A stretch of DNA of 64,000 bases. Origin: Podarcis liolepis (taxonomy: Eukaryota). Below, in pieces: positions 37,401-49,400 of this stretch (position 1 is its first letter; every line of letters starts with the position of its first letter). The translations under genes and the position numbers were made by a program. The stretch lies in assembly GCA_965112155.1 (NCBI GenBank), contig OZ218098.1; one strand, written 5' to 3'. The notes beneath the pieces were generated by a model, which had not been told where the DNA came from, searched no databases, and was given only the letters and a program-made list of their open reading frames with translations.

Positions 37401-40400
37401 AAGTGATTTTGCAATGTGAAATTAGCAAAGCAAATGCTCCCGTAAAATGGTTTAAAGACGGACAAGAACTAACTCCGTCTAAGAATGTTATTATCAAGGC
37501 CGATGGCAAAAAGAGAATACTCATCCTCAAAAAAGCCTTGAAGAAAGACATTGGTCAATATACCTGTGATTGCGGCACTGATCAGACTTCTGCTAAGCTG
37601 AACATTGAAGGCAAGTTCACCCTTACTGGTGTATTATTATATTCTATTTTAAACCGCCCTGAGGATCATTCATTCGAAAGACAAGATACTGTATAAATCT
37701 TCTTAATAAACACATAAATAAAATCTTCCTGATCCTTCTGTCGTAGAACCCTGCTCATCAACATTGTCATGAAAGCTAATAATATTGGTGCGTGTTTTTT
37801 TCCCCTTCACAGATCGTGATATTAAGATTGTACGTCCCTTATATAGCGTGGAAATATTTGAGACAGAGACTGCACGTTTTGATACAGAAATCTCTGAGGA
37901 AGATATTCATGCTAACTGGAAACTGAAAGGGGAGCCCTTGACACAGACACCTGTAAGCAATGCTTTGAAATATTTCCCCACTTCTAAATGAGACTTAGAT
38001 TGCCTAAAATATGCAGAGGGAAGAACATAAACTTTTGGAAGATCTGAGAAAGTACTGTAGGGGTGCTGAGAAAATAATTTCTATATCAACACAATTTAAA
38101 TGGCTTGAATTGTAAATCGTGCAGTTAAGCAAAATATATAGAATGTAGTCATCCATGTTTCATATTTACACAACAGAAAATATATAATTCAAGGGGAGCA
38201 GTTTTAACGTTAGAAATCTGAAGATTGCTTTTGTAATGAAAAGCAATTGTAAGTAATATGTAAATAATATTTGATAAAAATATGTTGGTTGCAATTGTTA
38301 AAGCAATGTACCAGGTGCCTCTGGAAGTTAATAACTGCAATCAATTGGTTCATTGTAGCCATATATGGGGAGGGTTATTAATGTTCCCATGTAAACAATT
38401 CAGAAAATCAATGTGCATGTTTAGCACATTAACATCTCATTGATCGGGACAATGTGTGGTTCAAGGCCTGAGGTAAAAGTTTTGCAAAAGTTCAGTAGGT
38501 CGTAGCCATTGGTTGTGTGAGCAGATGGAAGGGTTGCGCACAGTGCCCTGACCAACTTTAACTCTTTAGCAGCTGGCTGCAACACGGCCAACGCTGTTCA
38601 GGAGGACCTCTGACCCTCCAAAGAGGCTTTTCATGAGGCTGAGTGGGCATCAGTGGGGAGGGGAAAGATTGGTTGCACAAGCTCCCTTCCTCTCACACAG
38701 TCATTAGATACAGAACAATGGGGTCCAAGTACAGTGGTACCTCGGGTTACACACACTTCAGGTTACATATGCTACAGGTTACAGACTCTGCTAACCCAGA
38801 AATATTACCTCGGGTTAAGAACTTTGCTTCAGGATGAGAACAGAAATCGTGCAGCGGTGGCGCAGCGGCAGTGGGAGGCCCCATTAGCTAAAGTGGTGCT
38901 TCAGGTTAAGAACAGTTTCAGGTTAAGAACAGACCTCCAGAATGAATTAAGTTCTTAACCCGAAGTACCACTGTATTGTCAATGTACGTGCCAGAGAATG
39001 TGTTGTTCTGGTATTTGTACTCTGAGGCAGGATGTTGAGAATCATGGTTGCAAAACAGCTGCAGCCAGTACACTGTTTTGTCCCCAAAGGGGAATGAAAG
39101 GTTGCTACCATTCTGAATATCCAAATACCAGAAATATGGACCTGATAAAAGGAAGTGAAAGCTATTAAAAACAAGCATTGTACAAACCTTTGCATTTGTT
39201 TGCTCTTGGAAGGACTGTGAAATTAAGGAGGAAGGCAAAAGGCACTGTCTTACCCTCTACAACGTGCGCTTGGACCAGGCCGGTAGCGTAGACTTCCAAG
39301 CAGCCAATGCCAAATCAACTGCCAATCTTCGAGTAAAACGTAAGTGTCTTGCAAGTGTATCTGTAAGATCACTTGTCTTTTACATCAGTAACTGAGCTAA
39401 ACTGAAACAAGTTGAGAGTCAGAGTGGGGCATGTGATCTGTTGTTAATGGAACAGTAAATGAGAAGGAGAGACAGTCGGGTGAGCTGAGGTTAAGGAGTA
39501 GTTATTTGATATAGTTGTGTGCCTTATTCTTTCTTTATAAAAGCTTTTTATAAGTTAATTCTGATACTTTTAATTTAGTTTGTTTGTTTTTAGATCGTGG
39601 GATAGGTATTATATAAAGATTTTCAATTAGTTAATAAGAACAGGTTGTTAGACCACTGGAATTGCCCCTCCTTATTCCAGGATGATTGGCAAGGTAGCAT
39701 AATGAGTTGTTACGAAATCTAAAATATTACAAACGGACTCTCTGCTGTGCTTGGCATTTGGGGTATAAGATCTGAGAGATAACACCATGCTGACATTTGT
39801 GGAAAGTGCCAGTAGCTTGATGGACAGGAACACCCTACACAGTTGGTGGCCACTTGTCTCTCTATCCAATTGTAGACCTTGCTATTTTGGAAGGCGCATG
39901 CCTTATCTAGCAAGAGGCATGCAGGGCTTGGCAAAGGAGACAGATGCAACGTAGCTTTCTTGCTGATCTTTTCATTTAAAAGGAACAGGCTCCGCAAATA
40001 GGGAATCTCCAGTGACCAGCCCTCCCCCTGAAAACCCCAAGGGCCCAGATCTAGCCAGGGAATTTAAATAGCCACTGTACATCATACTCCCTCTCTCTTG
40101 GGGAAAGGCACTATGGCCATTAGTAAAAGGTGCAGGTGGCTAATCTGAAGATGTTTTCTTCGTTCCGTCAAGCACGTGTAATTGGCCTGCTGAGGCCTCT
40201 GAAGGATGTAACTGTAACAGCTGGTGAAACGGCAAACTTTGAATGCGAACTCTCCTATGAGGGAATTGTAGTGGACTGGTTCTTGAAAGGACAGAAATTG
40301 GAGCCCAGTGACAAGGTACAGAAGACATTCTTTCTCTTCTCCCCTTCTTCCATGTCAAACCCTATTTCTTTCCCTCTTTCTCTCCTACCCCTCCCTTTTG

Positions 40401-43400
40401 TGAGACTGGCAGTGCAATCCTATACATACTTACCTGGAAGTAAGCCCCACTGAGCTCAATGGGGCTTGCTTCCAAGTAGAGATCCATAGGATTGCACTGT
40501 AAGGCGCTATTCTAAAATATCATTCAGAAAAATCAGTTCCTTCCACATGGTGGAAGATAAAAGTTTCAAAGGGAGAGGTGAAAGGGGTTGGGGAGGTTTT
40601 GTATCAGTGCTAACATAAAGGGATATGTAATATTTTGATATTAGTGGGGAAGTTTATGAATGTTTGCATCTCCTGATTCTTTCTCTGAATGTAGAGCTGG
40701 CATTCAGTTCTGCATATAAGGGGATTAAGGAGATTGAAATTCCATTTCAGGCATTTGAGCAGGCTTCCAGATAACTTTCTCGGTAGATCTGCTCGCAGAG
40801 CATTTCTCACCAGCTATTTTTAACCCTTCATCAAGTGTGCTGTTAGCGCTGAGATGTGAACAGCCTGGAATGCAGTTCATTCAATATTTAAAATGTTTTA
40901 GCAGCAAGCCATATAGTAGTATAAGTAATCACATGAAGAAGTTGCATTCAGTGAAATATTATTTGGTGCATGCTTTTTTAGATCCTCTGTTTAAGTCGTT
41001 AGAGTGTCTGTTAATGATAGGCTTACGCAGAGAATATTTGCAAAGGAAAACAGAAATATGCCTAGTTAGTGCAAGTTTGAAATTACCATAGCCAATTCAG
41101 CCTAATCAAAACATTAAATTTAAACTAGCATAGCGAGATTTAACTAAATGAATAGATTAATACTTACTGTTCCCATGAAAAGTATTTTAATGGTGAAGCA
41201 TTATTAGATGCATCATAAATATTTCAACTTTTATTTAAATAAATATTTCAACTTTTATTTCATATTAATAGTTAGCAAGATTTTATGTTTTGCTTCTGAT
41301 TAACCCATCTACATCAGTTTAAATGGGCCTATGATAGCACAAACAATGGTGTTTAGGGCACTCCTACCCCAGTCCAGTAAGGGACTATAATCCATGCAGA
41401 ACCAGGTCTCTCCTGACTTCTTCCCAGCTGGACAGGGGAGCTATGATGAAAAGCTTCTTATACAAGTACTGTAGTTCCCCGTTTTGATTGATTTGGATTA
41501 TATCAACCCTTTGAAGAAGTTTACAGTTCCAGCAATCAGCTGGTGGATTCAGTCTGCCGACTCCCACAAAACTCTAGAGGCCTTTGGGGCTTGGCGGCTG
41601 ATGCAGTACGAAGAACTGAAATTGCAACAAGAAATCAGAGAAGCCCCAATGCATGCCCAGAGGCGCATGGGTGTATAACTGGGAGTCTTTGTTTACCAGC
41701 CTATTTAGACAGACATGTGCTAACACAAATGTTTGATATAAGGTTGCAACATGTTTCCTTACCAAATCTATTCTCCTGAACGTTGCTTCTTCTTTTTTTA
41801 AGATCGTGCCCCGTGCTGAAGGCAGAGTTCACACCCTTGTTCTAAGAGATGTGAAACTAACAGATGCTGGAGAAGTCAAACTGACTGCAAAGGATTTCAG
41901 AACTCAAGCAAATCTTTTTGTAAAAGGTAGGCTTCCTAAAGTAACAATTTATTCCATTAGCGGTATGCTAGAGACTACTGATCTGTGTTAGGCAAAGTGC
42001 ATGATTGGGCTGATCCTTTTCTGCAGTACTTTTTACACATAAAATGCTGAAAAGATTTCTGGCCATAACTCAGTCTTTTAAAAAGATCAGAATGATAGCT
42101 AGCTTTTAAATCTCTTGGGAGGAAAAAATGATGCATGTAGCACCAACATGATTTGTGGGGGTTTTTCCCTCCCTGTCCTCAGAACCACCTGTTGAGTTTA
42201 CTAAGCCTCTTGAGGACCAGACTGTAGAGGAGGAAGCTACTGCAGTTCTGGAGTGTGAAGTATCCAGAGAAAACGCACCAGTGAAATGGTTCAAGAATGG
42301 CCAAGAAATCCACAAGACAAAGAAATATGATATAATTGCTGATGGCAGAGTCAGAAAACTTATCATTCACGGCTGCACACTGGACGATGCTAAAACGTAC
42401 ACATGTGATTCTAAAGATTTCAAGACATCTTGTTTCTTGAACGTTGAACGTAAGTTTTTCTCATAATTTCCTTATAAAGACATAGATACTTGTTTGCATG
42501 ATTCCAAAGGTAGGCATGTTGCAGATATATGGGTGGGTCAAACTGATGGTGCTGTAAAACAAGCAGACCTTTGACTTAAGTGGGTTGGGCTTTTTCTTTC
42601 ATCCACAAAAGTGGGAACCTCTACTTTATCATAACTCTATTAGAATAAATTATTATAACTAAGGCCATTGCTACGAATTGAGATTCACGGATAAGAAAAA
42701 AAGAGATTGTTTTCAAACTGGAAATTTTTTCTTCCTTATAGCACCTCATGTTGAGTTCACAAAGCCCCTTACGGATATTGAAGTTAAAGAAAAAGAAGTT
42801 GCTCGGTTTGAATGTGAAATTTCCCGACCAAATGTTCAGGTCTGTAATGTTTGTGTCTCTTCATATTTGCCCTTGTCAATAGCTTTTGCACAGAATCTCA
42901 CAGCATTTATTGCAGCCACCGGGAAACATTTTCTATTTTTCTAGTCACTAGGGCAGCCCAAAGCATTTAGAAGGTGGAAATTGTGTCTACTAATAGCTCA
43001 AACCAAAAGATGATCTAGGTTGTCTGCATCATTCAGTCCCACCTTCACTAGCTCCTTACTATAGATCTCCAGTTGCCAACGTGATGCCTGAGCAGCTTCA
43101 TCTTTTTCACCTCCAAAGATTTCCTTAGGTGCCCTCAAAGCCTCTGAGCACCCTTCCCACCCATCTGCTTTTCAAGGATCAGATTGGCACCTGAGCAGCT
43201 TTCTTAGGGCTGCCACGACATGGAAATATGGATCTGAGGCATGGGTCCTTAAGGATTCTCATAGCCTGATTGTTCCCTCATGCCCACCCCCAGGGAGCCC
43301 AACCCTCCATACCATCCTGCCATTGGCCAATTCAGCAGGCTGACGTGGAACAGGATTTCAAGTTGTGAGTGTGAGCCGAAGCTCTCGCTCCGGCTGGGAT

Positions 43401-46400
43401 AAGCCCACCACACCCTGCCCTGCATCGTTGGCAGGTAGTGGGGGGGGAGTGCTGGTCGTCCCACAAAGCTGCTGCCCTCCTAAAAGGGGGTAAGCAGACT
43501 TCCAGAACCTTAATAACAAAAACCAGTACTGCCAATGAAAATAAAACACACCTATCTGAATGTAGATTCTGTCTACATATTTTACTTTGGTTCTAGAGCC
43601 AAATCCTATGCCCTTTCCAATAGGTGATTGGCACCATCGTCAATTTTCTAATTCATCTCCACATGTGCAACTTCCAAATGGCCAAATTGGAACGAACAAT
43701 GGACCCAGTACTCTCATGCTTACAACTGATTTCTGGGTTTAGATGAAAAATAATTGCAGTAAAATGTGCACCATTTGACATGTTCATAGGGAATGCATCT
43801 ATATTCACTGTGGGATATTGGTTTATGGTTTAGCTTAAAATGTCATCCAGGCATGCTTTACTCTAATACAGTCAGTAATTATATATTTCAATTTCTCAGT
43901 TACTGCTTCAGTTGATATTGCAGTATCTCTTCTTTGCATTCTGTTCAACTTGATTTTTATCACTATTTTAAATATAGGCACGGTGGTTTAGGGATGGTGT
44001 TGAAATCAGAAAAGGCAAGAAGTTTGACATCATTGCTAAAGGTGCCCAGAGAATACTTGTTATCAACAAATGTCTGCTTGATGATGAGGCAGAATACGCA
44101 TGTGAAGCAAAAGGAGCCAGAACCTCTGGCATGCTGACAGTGATAGGTAAAGCTAAAATCAATTTTGTTGCATTTACATGAAAGAGCAATGGCTTGATCG
44201 CTGTTGTGATCAAATACAACCATTGTTCTTTTTCTTTTTACAGAAGAGGAAGCTGTCTTTACCAAAAAACTTCCCAATGTGGAAGCAAGTGAAACAGACA
44301 CTGTCAAATTGATTTGTGAAGTTTCCAAGCCTGATGCAGAAGTAACTTGGTTCAAAGGCGATGAGGAGTTGCCTGAAGGTGGTAGATATGAACAGATTGC
44401 TGATGGCCGGAAGAGAATTTTGGTCATCCACAATGCTAGTCTTGACGATGCAGCAGCATACACCTGCAAACTTCCTAGCAGTCAGACAACTGGCAAGCTG
44501 AAAGTTCATGGTAAGAAAACTACTTTGGAATTTTTCACAAGTGTTGCCAGGTGACATGTAGGGCTGGGCGCTATATTGATATATCACCCCAAACCGGTTT
44601 CTAGACATCGTGATAACCATTTCAAAATAAATGACCCAGCAATGTATCACAACTTGTGTGTGTGTGCTATGCAAAAATTCACAATACAGTCATACCTTGG
44701 AAGTTGAACGGAATCCATTCTGGAAGTCCGTTTGACTTCCAAAATGTTTGGAAACCAAAGTGTGGCTTCTAATTGGCTGCGGAAGCCCCGGCGGACGTTC
44801 AACTTCCAAAAATAGTTTGCAAACTGGAACACTCACTTCTGGGTTTGCGGCGTTCGGAAGCCAAAACGTTTTAGAACTAAGCTGTTCAAAAACCAAGGTA
44901 CAACTATATTTGAAAAACCAGAAAGTCAGCCGGTGCTTCTGTGTCTCCTTGAGGTGAATGAACAGGCGCTCCTTCCTTCCTTCCTTCCTTCCTTCCTTCC
45001 TTCCTTCCTTCCTTCTGTGTGTTTGTGTGTGCATGTGCCCCTCAGCTGAGCAGTTTAAGGAAGCTCACTCCACATCCACCCCTCCAGCTTGAGCTGGAGC
45101 AGAATGGGAGCTTGCTCAGTTGTAGGGCTGGACGATACATCTCAGCTGCTTCTTCATCTTATTTACTCCCCCCTCCTTATTTCAGATATTGTGATATATC
45201 AGCATATTGTGGTATTTAGCTGGTGATACATCACAATGTTGAAAACCACATATCACCCAGCCCTAGTGACATGTGTGCCACTGAGTAGGGTTTTTGACCC
45301 ATTTATTATTGACCGAATATGCACGGTTGTGTCCTCTATGCTAGGACACGGCCATGTTAAGTCGGTCTGAGACGTCTTTTGCTGACTGAAAATATTTTCG
45401 GTTATCAATTAGATGGTGGGGGCGATCTACTTATCCCCATATCAAAAACTAAAAAACAATATGCCCAACGTCTTTTTCAGAACTTGCAGCAGAATTTATA
45501 ACCAGGCCACAGAACGTTGAAGTAATTGAAGGAGAAAAAGCAGAATTTGTCTGCTCAGTATCCAAAGAAGCCTTTGACGTACAGTGGATAAGGGATGATA
45601 CTGTTCTTGAAGCCAATGATAAGTATGACATAATTTCCGACGGCAAAAAGAGAGTCCTGGTCATTAAAGAGTCTGTTCTGGATGACGATGGAACTTATTC
45701 TGTCATGGTCGGTGCAGCCAAAGCAACAGCCCGCTTGACAGTGATTGGTAAGCTTTATGGGGCTTTCTCATACATTTGTGGGCATGCTTTTATTTCCTTT
45801 GTGAGGATTTAATTCAAATAATAATAATAATAATAATATGCAAATTCAAATTGCAGAAAAACTCAGGATTGTCATCCCACTGAAGGACCAACAAGTAAGA
45901 GAGGGAGAAGAACTTGTATTTAACTGTGAGGTTAATACAGAAGGTGCCAAGGCGAAGTGGTACAAAGATGAAGAAGCAATATTCGACAGCGCAAAATACA
46001 TCATGGTCCATAAGGATTTAATTTACACTCTAAGAATTAGAGACGCCCATTTGAATGACCAAGCAACCTACAACATAGTCCTGGCAAACAAGAGAGGAGA
46101 ACAAGTAAAGAGCTCTGCTACTTTGACTGTGCTTGGTAAGTGTTTTCCCAGGGCTATTATTCTATAAAAAGAGTTTCCATGAATGCCTCCCTTGTTCTCT
46201 TATAATGGCAATGGTGCCCACTTGAGAGGTTTGCCATTCCAGAGAGGAATGGCAGACTAAGATGTTGGACAATGCCAAAATGGCAAAACTGACCGGAAAG
46301 CTCAGGAACCAAGAAGACCAAAAATTTCAATAAACAATGGGGGAAATTTATAATTTATTTGGGAGACCCAAATAAAACATTAGCAGGACTGCAATAACAC

Positions 46401-49400
46401 TTGTAAGGTAGCAAATATTATGGATAAAATGGAGAGACATAAAATATGGACTATGAGATAATATGCAGTTGAAAAGGATAACAATGGGACCCATGGAAGG
46501 GATGGTGGGAGAGGGAGAGAGAGGTGCTGGAACTGATTTCTGGCTGGAAAAAAAGTCCTGGTGTTTTCTTATTCTAAGTGCCACAGGCTTTTACTCTTGC
46601 CAAATTACTGTTTGGATGAGGATGTAAATTAACAACACTTTTCAAACCACTTCTCTCTTAAACAGAGGAAGACCTCAGAATTATTGAGCCTCTTCAAGAC
46701 ATCGAAACCATGGAGAAGAAGTCTGTCACGTTCTGGTGTAAGGTTAACCGCCTCAACGTAACCCTCCAGTGGACAAAGAATGGTGAAGAAGTCACCTTCG
46801 ACCGCCGCATTTTGTACAAAGTGGATAAATACAAGCATTCGCTTATCATTAAAAACTGTGGATTTATAGATGAAGGGGAGTACGTTGTTACTGCTGGCCA
46901 AGACAAGTCGGCTGCAGAGCTTATTATCACGGAGGCACCTGCTGATTTCATTGAGCACTTGCAGGACCAGACAGTCACTGAATTTGATGATGCAGTCTTC
47001 AGTTGCCAGCTTTCCAAAGAGAAAGCAATGGTGAAGTGGTACAGAAACGGACGAGAAATTAAAGAGGGCAAAAAGTAGGTGCAGTTGCTTTTAATTGGTT
47101 GGTGGTATACTATGGTTGCTGTCTGGATTCTTGCCTCTGAATTTAACACATAATCCTTTTTTTCCCTGTCTGCAATAAAGGTATCAGTTTGAAAAGGATG
47201 GAAATTTACACAGGTTAATCATAAAAGACTGCAGGCCAGAGGATGAATGCGAGTATTCCTGTGGTGTGGATGACAGGAGATCCAGAGCAAGACTTTTTGT
47301 GGAGGGTATGTTTACAATTTCTATTTATCTTTCACCTTTCAATATTTTTTGTAAGAAAAAAAAAGTATGTCAACGCAATCTAAATTTTATTCTTATTTTG
47401 ACCAGAAATTCCTGTGGAGATTATCCGACCACCACAAGATATTTACGAAGCCCCTGGCTCTGATGTCCTTTTCTTTGCTGAACTGAATAAAGATAAGGTG
47501 GAAGTCAAATGGTTGAGAAATAACATGATTATAGTCCAGGGAGATAAACACCAAATGATGAGTGAAGGAAAAGTCCATAGGCTGCAAGTCTGTGAGATTA
47601 GGCCTCGCGATCAAGGAGAATATAGATTTATTGCCAAAGATAAAGAAGCTCGAGCTAAGCTAGAACTGGCAGGTAAGCCTCTGAAATTTTTTAACAATAA
47701 AATAATATTTATATGAGTAATGCGACATTTTATATACTTTTTCTGGGTGTTAATTTCAGTGATTAACACACTTCTAGTGGTAATTAAAAAGCTCTGTAAC
47801 TGAGATCCTACAAGCAATGTGTTTCTGTAGCCTTTATTATGCAGCTTTGTAATGTAGCTTCTGTGCATTTAGAAGTCAGAACGATCTTTACCCAGCACAG
47901 ATTAATTATCTGTGTGTGTTGGAGGCACCAATAGTGCCCCCATTGACCAGAATGGGACAAGATGGTGTCTATACAACATTAGGTAAAGGTAAAAGGACCC
48001 CTGACCATTAGGTCCAGTCATGGCCGACTCTGGGGTTGCGGCGCTCATCTCGCTTTATTGGCCAAGGGAGCCGGCGTACAGCTTCCGGGTCATGTGGCCA
48101 GCATGACTAAGCCACTTCTGGAGAACCAGAGCAGCGCATGGAAACGCTGTTTACCTTCCCGCCGGAGCGGTACCTATTTATCTACTTGCACTTTGACGTG
48201 CTTTCGAACTGCTAGGTTGGCAGGAGCAGGGACTGAGCAATGGGAGCTCACCCCGTCATGGGGATTCGAACCGCCGACCTTCTGATCAGCAAGTCCTAAG
48301 CTCTGTGCCACCCACGTCCCATCTATACAACATTACTAATGGTTATAATTTTGGTTCTCCCTTCACACAAAAGTTGCTTAAAAATCACAAAACAGCTCAC
48401 TGCGCTGTTGTTTTCTGTTTCAGATTTTCTGTAACGTATTTCATTGTTTGTTTGTTTTACTAGCTGCTCCAAGAATAAAGATAGCTGATCAGAACCTTGT
48501 GGTAGATGTTGGACAGCCATTGACTATGGTGGTTCCATATGATGCCTACCCACGAGCAGAAGCTGAGTGGCTTAAGGGAGAAGAAGCCTTGCCCACTCTT
48601 ACTGTGGATACAACACCTGAAAGTACCACCTTCAGAATTCACGAAGCAAAGACGACTGACAGAGGGAGTTACAAAATCATCCTTAAAAATAAGCATGGCC
48701 AAGCTGAAGCACACATCAATGTTCAAGTTATTGGTAAGCTCATCATTTCCTATGGCCAAGGGTTGTTGCTTTTCTGATGTAGAAGATGAAAGCATTGGTA
48801 TATAATGATGAGAGAAATAAGAAACTGCATCCACGAACCTCACTAAGTTGTTATTGTTTTATGAAACTCAAAGCAAATCCCAAATTCTTTTAAGTAAGCA
48901 TACTTTCGCTTTATTCCCAGATGTCCCTGGCCCAGTTAGAAACCTGGAAGTAACTGAGACGTTTGATGGTGAAGTTAGCCTTGCCTGGGAGGAACCAGAA
49001 AGCGATGGTGGTAGTAAAATCACTGGGTATGTTGTTGAAAGGCGTGATGTCAAACGAAAGACCTGGATTTTGGCAACGGATCGTGCCGACAGTTGTGAAT
49101 ACACAGTGACTGGCCTTCAAAAGGGAGGTGTGGAGTATCTCTTCCGCGTGAGTGCAAAAAACAGAGTGGGCACTGGTGAGCCAGTCGAAACAGACAGACC
49201 TGTGGAAGCCAAGAGTAGATTTGGTAAGAAAATTGTTATTTGGAGACTATAATTTGTTGAAGTTCTATTGAATAGAAAAATAACGTTTTTTAAAAAAAAA
49301 ATCTCTTATGACCTTGCAGATGTCCCAGGACCTCCTCTCAATGTACAAGTTGTTGAAGTGAACAGATTTGGTGCGTCTCTTACTTGGGAACCCCCAGATT

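Larger units (their letters stand above)
44559..45265. mobile_element. Non-autonomous hAT element with nested insertions
   Basis: TIRs tagggctggg/cccagcccta; perfect 8-bp TSD gtgacatg. Confidence 0.88.

Noticed and set aside
40113-40122. ATG GCC ATT A/gtaaaa as a spliced Cronos mini-exon
   Set aside because: The phase fits, but the intron to 40173 would be only 50 nt, below the usual vertebrate minimum; treated as a uORF instead.
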